This document shows, piece by piece, positions 26,111 through 37,400 of a DNA stretch of 64,000 nt. The DNA is from Diadema antillarum. Lineage: Eukaryota. The notes beneath the pieces are model-generated. The model searched no databases. It worked only from the letters and a program-made list of their open reading frames with translations, and was not told where the DNA came from. The stretch covers positions 868,001 to 932,000 of the forward strand of contig NW_027271177.1 in the NCBI RefSeq assembly GCF_040938485.1, read 5' to 3'. Positions within the stretch are counted from its first letter, which is position 1. Each line of letters opens with the position of its first letter. The position numbers and the translations under genes were made by a program.

Positions 26111-26792
26111 GTTAGAATTCAAGAAATCTGTCCAATTATTTCACCCACAAGCAGTGGCGTAACTACAGAGGGGGGGGGGGGGGGGGGGTGCGCCACCTCC
26201 CAATCCGCTGGTTAAAAAAAAAAAGACTTACCGAAATAGTAATTCAAGTGTTAGTAAACTGCTTTTGAATGAAAGGGTGATCAAGAAATAAGATATTTTT
26301 CTATGATTTCTTTTAACCATAATTAGATAGGTATATAGTGTGAAACATTGTTCAAAAACACCGGACCCGACAAAAGATTGTGATTCAGCGTGATTCCTGG
26401 TTGGCATTCTGCATATAAGCAGGATGTGCGCAGTGTACTCAGTACATCCGAACGAAGAGTCGCTATGTATGTTGCGCAATGTGATGTAGAATGTACACCT
26501 TTGTACCTTACGCTTCGTTATATCAAAGCTAGATCATTGATTTTGCAGTGTTGCTTTACATACTAATCTATGTAAAAATGTCTTGCATTGCCAATGAAAA
26601 GACTTGACCTGGGCTAATTCCTAACTTTTCCATGTACATATAATACACACACACAAACAAACACGCACAATTAGTTTAGGGAACGCTCTAAAGTGCAGAT
26701 TTTGGACATCCTTTCCCCGCTTGGTCACTTCGACGCCACCTCGCTGGTCATACCTCCCCCAGTCATGAACATAAACCCACTCCCTTGACTAC

Positions 26793-27452
26793 CAGTGGCG
26801 GATCCAGGGAGAGGGGCGCACCGGGCGTCCCCCCCCCCCCCCCCTCCCCCTTTAATTTCCAAAGCGAAAAAAAAAAATAATATAGCTTCAAACGGCAGTT
26901 CAAACGGCAGTTCCGTCCGGTGCCCCTCCCCCCTTAATTTCCAAAGCGAAAAAATATTGCCAAGAAAAGAACGGCAGTTTTTGGACTGTAAAATGTAATA
27001 TTTTCAAGCTCGCTCGTTTCGCTCGCTCGAATGTAATCATTATGCTCTCCTCATATTGCTGTCAGTATTTGCCAGCAGTTGCGCCCGATGCACCCCCATA
27101 AATTCTAAAGCGAAGAAATATAGCTACAAACGGCAGTTTGTTTGTTTTTTACTGTAAAATGTCAAAATTTTCAAGCTCGCTCGCTCACTCGCTCGCATTT
27201 AATTGTTACGCAATTCTCCTGATGTTGCTGCCAGAAATTGCCGGCAGTTGCGCCCGGTGCGCCCCCCCCCCCCTTTATCTCCAAAGCGAAAAAATATGGC
27301 TCCAAATCGCAGTTTTGGGACTGTACAATATCAAAATTTTAAAGCTCGCTCTCTTCGCTCGCTCGCATTTCATTGTTATGCCATTCACCTGATGTTGATG
27401 CCAGTAATTGCCAGCAGTAAGATGCGCCCGGTGCGCCCCCCTTAATTTCCAA

Positions 27453-27489
<37 letters not shown>

Positions 27490-28870
27490 GGCTACAAACG
27501 GCAGTTTTTGGACTGTAAAATGTCAAAATTTTCAAGCTCGCTCGCTCGCTCGCATTTAATTGTTATGGGCAATTCCGCGGTTAGTAACGTTACATTTGAA
27601 CAAATTCAGATATTTGTTTTTACTACTAAATCACCATTTATTCATTTCAAGTCAAAATTATGTCAAAAACATGTTCATCCTTCCCAGGTTTATGATACAG
27701 AAAAGAATGAATACAATCCATGAAATATTAGAATTGCTATGGCAACTTAAAGGGCAGGTTAGTAATGTTACGAAAAAAGGACATGACAAAAAAATCAATG
27801 TCTTGTAATAAAAAGTGTGCAAAAATTCAAGTCACTTCAAACAAAGTGTTGCATTAATTTTAATTATTGCATCATGACAAATGTTCACACAATTTTTTTT
27901 AGCAGTTTGACCAATTATTTTTTAGCTAGATCCCCAAATGCATGGTTAGTAACGTTACGGTTAGTAACGTTACATTTGTCCGGAGTAATTCTGCAGGTCA
28001 TTTCACCCTTTTGTAATTGACAAAATGTCACATGACTTCTGGAGTATTTAAAAGTATTCATCTTTTACCCATTAGCAAAACTTTGAGGAAAAAATTTCAA
28101 AGGAACCCACTGTAATTTGCATTTAAGTGAATTTCAGCATCCCCAGTCCCACATGTACATTTTAAATGATGGTTTTAGATCTCGCGAAATCAATGAATAC
28201 GAAAAATAAAATGTACTGAATTTGAAAGACCTTAATGATTGGTGAACATCCATGGCATTAGTTGGTACCTAAATTAAAGAGTAAGATAAAGAGGCACATT
28301 TCTTTTATCCATGTCATGTCCACCTAACTGCGGGATTGCCCTTATGCAATTCTCCTGATGTTGCTGCCAGTAATTGCCAGCAGTAAGATGCGCCCGGTGC
28401 GCCCCCTTAATTTCCAAAGCAAAAAAAAAAAAAAAAATACGGCTACAAACGGCAGTTTTTGGACTGTAAAATGTCAAAATTTTCAAGCTTGCTCGCTCGC
28501 TCGCATTTAATTGTTATGCAATTCTCCTGATGTTGCTGCCAGTAATTACCGGCAGTTGCGCCCGTTGCGCCCCTACCCCTCCTTTATTTCCAAAGCGAAA
28601 AAATATGGCTCCAAATGGCAGTTTTTGGACTGTAAAATGTCAAAATTTCCAAGCTCGCTCTCTTTGCTCGTTCGCATTTAATCACTATGCCATTCACCGG
28701 ATGTTGCTAGTGCTACCAGTAATTGCCAGCAGTTCCGCCCGGTGCGCCCCCTTGATTTACAAAGCAAAAGAATATGGCTACAAACGGCAGTTTTTGGACT
28801 GTAAAATGTCAAAATTTTCAAGCTCGCTCGCTCGCTCCGCTTGCTCGCATGTGGTCGTTATGCCGTTCCC
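26793..28870. repeat. CAGTGGCGGATCCAG MITE terminus followed by a 165-175-bp satellite-like array (7-8 units), interrupted at 27567-28341
   Basis: Unit gcgcccggtgcgcccc-ttaatttccaaagcgaaaaaatatggctacaaacggcagtttttggactgtaaaatgtcaaaattttcaagctcgctcgctcgc... Unit markers occur near 26859, 26940, 27105, 27280, 27448, 28392, 28588 and 28759. Confidence 0.85.
27567..28341. mobile_element. 775-bp non-autonomous DNA transposon, Sola2-like, inserted in a satellite unit
   Basis: TIR GGGCAATTCCGCGGTTAG / CTAACTGCGGGATTGCCC and 4-bp TSD TTAT. Removing the element restores the unit sequence ...ttgttatgcaattctcc. Confidence 0.8.
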
Positions 28871-30128
28871 CTGATATCGCTGGAAGTAATTTGTCGTTTC
28901 ACACCGTCATTCTATAATCCATTTATAAGGGGTACAACCCTCTCCGGCATTTCCACACCCTCCCCCCCCCCCCCCCCCACCCTTGCTCGCTCCCTCGCAT
29001 ATTACCCCCCCCCCCCCCCCCGATGAAATCCTAGCTACCGGTGCGCCGGTTTCCCTCAAAAAACAGTAAAAGTCTAGGGATTGAGAGCTTCCTATATTCC
29101 AAATGTCTGTCCAAAAAATCTCGTAAACATTTAGTGTCAAAACGCACCCCCCTTGAAAAAAAGCTGGTGACGCCCCTGAATAGCAAGACAAAAAACAAAA
29201 ACGAAAACAAAGAACAAACAAAAAAAACCTGCTGGTTACAGGACTCAACCTTAGCATGTTTCCAAAGTATCTAGCCGTCAATCCAATCATCACGAATCGA
29301 CCGACAGCTTGTGTGTAAATCCCACAAAATGCAAAAAAATTAATGATAAAATAAAAAGAAGCGAACAACAAACCCTACTTCCTGTACGAATTATTGGGTC
29401 ATTTACATGCAAAATAATTATCATTACTATATCAGTATGATCACATTCATATCGATTCTGTAACTTCCAGGCTCATGGTCATCTTTGAAAAAAGAAAAAT
29501 GTGTTTGTGTGTGTGTGTGTGTGTGTGTAAAATGGCTGTAATTCCTCGCAGACTTTATCAAAACAACCATGCGAATTATTTTTCTCATCACACCTCGCCT
29601 CTCACACATAACATGCCACAATAAATGTGATATGTAGGTGAATAAGGCAACAGTCAATCATCCCATTAATCGAAATTTAAGTCGAAGGCAGGTTCGAAAT
29701 GACGTGGTATACTCTAGAAAAACAACAACAACAACAAAGAAAATACGAACTGTCAATTTTGTTCTTGAACATCCTCGTAGGAAATCAAAACTAAAGAGTA
29801 TTTCTTTTGGCGTATTGCACTGACTAGCTGCGCTTCTGAGAGATCATATGGTCAATATCCGATGACGTAACAGACGTATATCCAAAATGGACTTTCCTTT
29901 GGTGTAAGAATTCATCATGATTTCTCAATTTTTGGAAAAGCCTTCATGTATATGTTTTACTTTTTTCGCGTTTCGTGTTGTTTTCATTTGATTATGTTTA
30001 ATTTTATTTTCTAACCAAAAAATGGTCTGCATTTTAGAATTTGTTTCCTTTTAATGTTTGTCAACTAATATGTATCTTTCCCTAATATTATAATGTAGAG
30101 TGATATTTTTGAGAGATAACAAGAGAGT

Positions 30129-30590
30129 GAGCATCCGTTTTACAACTAAAGATATCCGGTAATTGAATTGAAATGAATTGAGTTGAATTGAGTTAAATCG
30201 AATCGAATCGAATTGAATTGCATTAAATTTGATGGGATCGAATTGAATTGGACAGATTACAAGAGATGGAGCATCCATTTCTCAACTAAAGATATCCGGT
30301 AATTGAATTGAATTGGATTGAGTTGAATTGAATGGCATTAAATTGCATAGGATCGAATTGAATTTCACTGAACTGGGTTAAAATTGAAATTGAATTAAAT
30401 TGAATTGCATTGCATTGTATTGGATTGAATTGAAATGAGTTGAATTGAACTGGAATAAATTGAATCGAATTGAATTTAATGGGATTGGATTCGACTGGAC
30501 TGATTTTAAATGAACTGAGTTGTATTGGGTTAAATTGAATTGAATTGAACTGAATTTAATTAGAATTGGATTGAATTGAAATGAATTGAA
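30129..30590. repeat. degenerate (GAATT)n pentanucleotide array with a 140-bp internal duplication
   Basis: aattg/aatcg runs. The lead-in gagcatcc.ttt..caactaaagatatccggtaattgaattg occurs at both 30129 and 30269. Confidence 0.9.
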
Positions 30591-33079
30591 TACATGTATT
30601 ATTATCGTCCACAAATACGACTGTGGAATTGTATCTTCCACCGGCGTCGCATACCAAAAATAGAGCCTACATATGATTCAAAGATTGGCATATGCATAAC
30701 ACACTACAAAGGACATTTGACAAACAAACCCTTTTACTGGGTTTTTTTTAACAGAAAATGCTAAATAATGATTATTATTGCAATACCTTGCTTGCATATA
30801 TCTAACTTAACTGCATTATTCCATACTCATAATGATCTATCATCAAAGATTCAGCATTGAAAAAAAAAATCCTCTTCTTGTCAGTATATTCATCATCTTT
30901 TAAGCAGAACTATTACAGGCGTAATAGGACAACGATGTGCCTACAATTATCATTACGTAATAACGAGTTTGATAGTGAAATTATATTTTTTTACTTCACT
31001 ATTTGAAAACCTTCCCCCCCCCCCAAAAAAAAAAATGGCTGTAGTCATAATAGCTAATGCATTCGAGTCAATTGCTCATCAGTAGGTATACTTTGTAAAA
31101 GATATATGTGACTGTGCATCACAAAACGAACAAAAAGTCGCTGATTTTGTGTGAGGACTGAAAATAGGTGAAAAGGGTCAATTTGGTCAATCTTGACCTT
31201 TTTTATATTTTCTGAAAGAGCAAGTCTTCTTCTACATTATAAATGCTAAAATGTGGTATCATAAAATGAACAGGAAAGTGTGTTTTATTAGCAGCTTATC
31301 TCGAACATTTTTTTTTTGAATAGTGTGATTAGGTGTGTCTTTAGAGTCCTCCTTTCATTTCTTTAAAAAACCCTGTACACGCTCTTCACTTTCAACTCTA
31401 ATAACTTTAGAAAGGATAATGCTACTGCTTTGAAAGTTGGCATTTATCATGGACAGAATGTGTTAATAAAACCTGCTCAATCTCAGCTTAGTGGCTTAGT
31501 GACAAATATACTGATAATCGTGACACGCCGGACAAAAGTGTCATTTTTTCCTCAGACATTTGTATATATATGAGGATCAAAATTAGGGGGTGCTCCAAGA
31601 AATCCGCTAACAGAAAAAATGAGAAAATGCCCTTAATTTGTACATAACAATAATGTCTGAATTCAAAGACTATACACAGGGCATTCGCCAGGTTTCTGTA
31701 CAATGCAATGCAATGTACATGGTTGCTAGTCTTAAAATTCAGACCCATAATTCGACATATTATGTGCATGTTACCAATAATACACCATTTTTACTGGTGT
31801 TCCTATGGTAGCAGGTGGTTAGTCTGTGTTGCAGACCTGAGGGAGGTGTGTTGGAATAGTCCAGTTTTCTTAAGCACCTTTTCATTAAATAATTTGATAT
31901 AATTTCTGGTAAAGGATTTTTTTTAGTACTGTCTACCTCCTGTAGAGAAATGGCAAAGAGTGACATGTGACTCTGGCTCAGATACTTTAAATCTTGGGCA
32001 ATGACTTAGCCAGGTGTAGGACTATGTCACAGCTCATTTTTTCTCCCAGAACTACTAGTTTACCAGTAGAAGAGCTGCATATTCCATTGAGAACTTAAGG
32101 TTTTGGGTATTACCCTACATATTTCCTAACAAATTTAACCTGTTTCCTCCAAGATAGTGTGAATTCCATAGGTTTAGCGCAGGGATTACCTGGTTCCCGT
32201 AAGCAATTTTTATAGTCCGCACTTCCCCTCTCTATACGTTTCTTATTTCTTATGGGGGTTATTCAAATGTTTAAAAAGGTTAAAAGTTTGTTTTCATAGA
32301 TGAAGTTGAATTTAGATAATTTGAATATTCTTAAAAATATATTGATATTTGTAATTTCACTCATAAAGGCTTAAAGCGGTTTGAATATTTTTGGTCTGAT
32401 AGCTATGTATGACATGTTATTAAAAAGTAAAAGCAATGTTTGATTGGTTCACATTATCCAAAGAGGGTGGGATGTAGTTGGCTGGTGAACAAAGTCTATG
32501 GGGGAGTTTAAAAAGTTGATAGAAATAAAACAAAATCGGCATAGAGCAGAATCTAAATCACAATACAATATGACAAATTTCCCGACCCCAAAGGCGGTTG
32601 ATTCTATGATGCTTTATGTCAAAATACATTCCACCCAAAATACATGTGATTGACAGGAGGAAAAAGTATAGTACATTAAAAACAATATAGTTCAACTGAC
32701 CCCATTAGTCCAGCAGCATAATGAAATGATTGTTAAGTTTTATCGCCTTGTCAATTGAAGATGATGTTACATAATGACAATTATCAAAGTTAGCTAGATC
32801 TACTAGTATATCAAGAAACCAAAAAGAAGGGGTGGGGTGGGGAGAGAAGAATGAAGTAAGTTATTAGTATCTGTAGTTTTGGTTTTCAGTACAGCTGTAT
32901 ATTCATTTTAATTTCCTTAATTTCCGTTAGGTCATCATGGATTGGAGCATTTGTGTACTAGTAATCTGCCAGGAACAAACACAAGAAAAACTTAAAGGTC
33001 CTATATATACACTTTTGGGAGAGTGACTTGAAAAAAATGTTCAGGATATCACATTTTATGCATAATATGTGTAGGTCTG

Positions 33080-33221
33080 GGGGCATTTCATGAAGCATTT
33101 TGTCTGACAAGTTGTCGGACAAATTTGCTCTCTGCCAATCAGATGCAAGGATTTCTGTAGTTTGTAACAGTTTGTCAGAAAAATATTTGACCAAACTGCT
33201 TCATGAAATGCCCCCCCCCCC
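33080..33221. mobile_element. PIF/Harbinger-like MITE, family A copy 2 (nested in the Academ-like element)
   Basis: Same TIR and core as 4333-4475, with CTG at 33077-33079 and 33222-33224. Confidence 0.85.
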
Positions 33222-33480
33222 CTGTTGTATCACAAGACATCCTACCATATACAGTTTTTGCAATCAAAGCAAACATATAAAGAGATATCAGTATTTTTCT
33301 CATTAAAGCATAAATGCGGACGGTTTAGTCTGGAAACATGTTATCATAGAAATATTGTTCACATTTTGTGTTATTGACAATACTTAACATTGATTATACA
33401 GATTCATTTTTACAGAGGTTCTTTCTATCCGTAACTCACACTTAAGAATAATTTTCAAGCACTAATTTTGGGGTTTTGCC

Positions 33481-33717
33481 TTTAATTATCCACAAAAAGG
33501 AGGACTCAATGCATAAAAGGTGTATGCTTTATTTTGGGAAAATGTTGAGGAGATCAGGAAAATTATATATATTGATGTAGATTTTGGACCTGAAGGAGCA
33601 GGTGAAGCATTTTTAAGAAACAATGCCTTGTGGCATCGTTCTTATCATCAAAAATTGATAATGACAAACTCAAATGAAAATTGGAGGGGGGAAGAAAAGA
33701 CGAACATATTGACATGA
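33481..33717 (+). pseudogene. decayed N-terminal fragment of an Academ-type transposase
   Basis: Reads FNYPQKGGLNA*KVYALFWENVEEIRKIIYIDVDFGPEGAGEAFLRNNALWHRSYHQK, then after a frameshift DNDKLK. This resembles the LxCP...Y..F..NV.EF......AxWHxSCHxKF.NxKL motif as I recall it. Confidence 0.5.
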
Positions 33718-33718
33718 G

Positions 33719-34468
33719 ACAGCTTGGTAAAGATTAAACGCTAAAATAGACAATGCAGCCTCTTTTCTCAGTTCATACTTATCCAGAGTGTGTGCTTTCT
33801 TTCCAGTACCGGTATTATTATTTAGATAGGTTAGGGGAATCCCTTTGAATTGTGTGATACATCATTTTAAAGCTTACAGTCTGCTCTTTTGAGGACAAGT
33901 CCACCTTCATGCACACATGGATTCAGTGAATACAACAATATTAGTAGGACACATCACAGAAAGCTTGGAAAAATCGTACAATCCGTTCAAAAGTTATGAT
34001 TTTTAAGGTATCTGCACAGTCGCGGCGGGATGAAAAGACTACCACAGTGCATGATGTCACATGCGCACATTCTAAGGAAAATAAAATGAGAATTTCACAA
34101 AACCATGCTTTTTGAATAAAGTTCACATAGTTTCTTTGACTTGCTACTGACGTATGTCAAGGGTAATATTATTCCCCCTGCCTTCTGAAAGAGAAGTTGA
34201 GTATCCTTTTGTAAGCGAAAATAATTTATGTTGAATTGTCTTTATTCATTCTTTATATCATTGTACACATGTGACATTACAAGGTATAGTAGTCTTCTCA
34301 TCCAGCCTCGACTGCATGAGCAGAAACTTCAAAAATTCATAACTTTAGAACGGATTGTCCAATTTTCCTCAAACTCTCACTGATGTGTTCTACTATTGTT
34401 GCTGCATTCACTCAACCCACATGCTATAAAGGTGACAAATCTTTGTCTGGCGACTTTTTTGTTGATCA
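33719..34468. mobile_element. second partial copy of the TGTGACC/TA family, itself interrupted by a Kolobok-like MITE
   Basis: 33719-33890 aligns with 35232-35400, and 34443-34468 (tgtctggcgactttttt) aligns with about 35424-35445. Confidence 0.65.
33888..34445. mobile_element. Kolobok-like palindromic MITE, copy 2 (more decayed)
   Basis: Shares arms and core (attccccctg...ttctgaaagag) with 15314-15865. Confidence 0.7.
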
Positions 34469-37400
34469 ATTATACCAACCCTGATGGAAATCTCTTCAAA
34501 TTCATAAGTTCTGAAGTCTCCTTTAAGTTTAACCAAAATCTATATATGTAGTTGCCATGGCAACATACCACTTAACACTAATGAAAAGTATTTCAAACCT
34601 GTATACATCCCGTCGATCAGTTGTACCTATTCAAATGGAATCTCTTCCAAACTGGAAAATAGCCTCCTGTAACTAACTTCAATTAAAAACCCTAGTTTTG
34701 GGTTGCCATGGCAACGCACAAATCAACAATTATATTTGACCCCTGGTTTATACTCTTAGTACCTTCTATACAACATTCATATCAAATTTTGTGAAAATTG
34801 AATCTTCCTACCTGGAGAAATAAACAAAAACATGATTTTTAGAAAATGTTCATTGACCTTTGACCTTTGACCTTTGGAAAATTCACTCCAAATTCAATCA
34901 AAATATTTTACTTGTTCTCAATATTCTTCCTGCCAAGTTTTATCCAGATTTGATATTCCTGACCTGAGAAATAGCCAAAAAACCTGTTTCACAAATAAAG
35001 GTCATTGACCTTTGACCTCTGACCTCCTTCCCAGCATCAATTTTCTTGGAGCACCCTATTTTTTGAGAAGGTACATCATGAAGTACCTTTGGTGAAAAAA
35101 TCATGCTTTTGTCCGCCGTGTCACGATAATTTCACTAAGCCACCCCACTATTAATCTGATAATCCCTTCCTTGTGGTTAAACCGGTGGCTTTCATCCTGT
35201 TTTTTTTTTTTGTTCCATTCATTGCACAGCACGGCTTGGTAAAAATAAAACGCTTGAATAGACCCTGTGCTTCAACGTCTCTTTTCTCAGTTCACACTTT
35301 TCCAGAGTGTTTGCTTTCTTTCCAATATTTATATATGTTAGGAGAGTCCATTTGATTTGAGTTATACATCATTTTAAAGCTAGAAGTCTGTTCTTTCAGA
35401 ATCTGCTCTTAACTAAAAATCCATGTCTGGCTACTTTTTGTTGGTTTTGTGGTGCAGGGTCACATATAATAATAAGCAATCGAGAAGTGGTTTTCTTTAA
35501 TCCTCTGTGTGCCACGTTTATTTCCTGTCCATAGGTTTGTGTGCGAAATTTGTACATATTTGATTCATTCTCACATAGAAGGTTAAACATACCCTTCCCC
35601 AACACACAAACACACTCACACACACACAGTCTTACACACAAGCATTTATACACATCATGTTCCGTATTTCATGTATCTGCGTTCATTGCAGCAGCAGAGA
35701 ACTGATGAGCACGTTTTTCTAGAGGGCACTGGCTTGTGCTCCGGTCCTAGACATACGGGTTGGCAGTCACGTATCAAATCGCCGAGCAGTCATAAAATAC
35801 GTGAGTCACGAACGAGGAATTTGTGAAGGCTGTCCTTGTAATATACAGTGTCAAGCGCGCGCAGGATGGGCTGTGTTCGTCAAGCAAATGAAATAACCCG
35901 GATCAGCCATTTCACTGATAAATTGTCACGCCATTTTACTGCGAAGCTGATCTAATGTGTGAATGTAAAGTCACTGCGGACCGCTAGAACGTTTGCCAAA
36001 TATCCATCCTTCGAGAGATCATGATAGGGGACATTCTAATGAAGGTGGTTTAGGGATTGCGTATAATTGGCCACGAGAAGGTACACACTGTGCCAATATT
36101 ATCCGTTGTTGAGGGAGGACAGACTCAGACTTGTATATTTTCTGTTACCCCCCCCCCCTCCACTACCACCATAACACCTCACACCCACCCACCCTTCTCC
36201 TCCCCGCGTTCATCTCCTCGTCTTTAAATGATGCGCGATGCGCAGAATAAGGAACGTTAGTGGCAAATGCATTAACATTTCATAGCGCGCAGTACCACTT
36301 AATGTCGAGGCCCATGCACACTCAGAAACAGACGACACTCAAGATTACCCCCTTTTCAGATGCGCGGAACGGGACCCGAGGATGTGGTGTTAGTACCTTG
36401 CGCTGTATCGCCGCTAAAATGGCGACATCATCCAACGCGCAGAAATTGTCAAACGACCATAGGCCAGCCTGCCGTGTACATAACAATTGCGAAGGAGTAT
36501 AGGAATCTCGGTTTGATCTTTGCTACAATTTACTCCACCATGCACCTGCATAATAGACAATGGAAACCCTCTATGGTATGGAAATCATCACAGATAACAC
36601 ACAGATTACCCAAATTTTACTTAAAAGGAAAGGTTTGGGATGGGAAGTGTAGCCTAATGCGTTTGGCCGCCCCTTTACGCGTCTTATACCAATAATCTGT
36701 TGGCACCGTCTTAAGCTGTGTATATACAATACAGATGGGTGTGTAAGGGTTGTAGAGCTGTAGAGTTTTCTTTTTATAAAAGACCCCCGGCTTAGATACA
36801 AAACAAAACAAACAAACAAACAAGAATGCCATTACGCGACACTACTTCACCTTTCATCTGTTTATAAATTTTGTACGAAACTTTCCACGGAGTTTCGCAC
36901 CAACGCGCCACTTTTTTTTTTAAAATGAAACCCAACCGCAACTTGCCAAACAACTTTTTTTGCACTTTATTTCTCCAAAAGATTAAAACAGTTTTCATAT
37001 GCCTGCAAGAGACGGTCGATATTTGCTCTAAAATGGGCACATGTGAATGAGAAATGTGAAAAGTAACGACAAAACATAAACAAAACAAAACACGATATAT
37101 ATTAGCCAAAGAGATACGCTGACGATATTGCGATCTGAGAACATATCCGATCACCACACAAATTTCTTGGTAGACCCTTTCGATATGATTACTGCAGGCA
37201 AATCCGTAACGACGGAAGATGAATTTTGTTTTCCTTTCTCCTTTAAAGCTCTGCTGTGATGTGAACTGAGAAAGCTACTCTGCTGCTCAACTCAGCCATG
37301 TCAGGAGGGTCACACAAATTTGATAGAGATCCGTTATATGATTGATAGGAATTGATTCANNNNNNNNNNNNNNNNNNNNNNNNNNNNNNNNNNNNNNNNN

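Larger units (their letters stand above)
25359..29178. mobile_element. 3.8-kb composite TIR element (CATGGGCGTCACCAG ... CTGGTGACGCCCCTG) carrying nested repeats
   Basis: 15-bp TIR with 1 mismatch, shared subterminal AACGCACCCCCC at both ends, and a 5-bp direct repeat AATAG on both flanks (25354-25358, 29179-29183). Confidence 0.65.
31489..35150 (+). mobile_element. 3.66-kb internally deleted Academ-like DNA transposon
   Basis: About 110-bp imperfect TIRs with TAG...CTA termini (tagtggcttagtg...tcgtgacacgccggacaaaag...gggtgctccaagaaa versus 35041-35150) and an internal transposase-like remnant. The superfamily is assigned from recalled motifs. Confidence 0.6.
31107..35464. mobile_element. 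TA-flanked TGTGACC-terminus non-autonomous DNA transposon (about 700 bp of its own sequence), split by nested insertions
   Basis: TA|TGTGACTGTGCATCACAAAACGAACAAAAAGTCGC and GGCTACTTTTTGTTGGTTTTGTGGTGCAGGGTCACA|TA are inverted matches. Confidence 0.75.
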
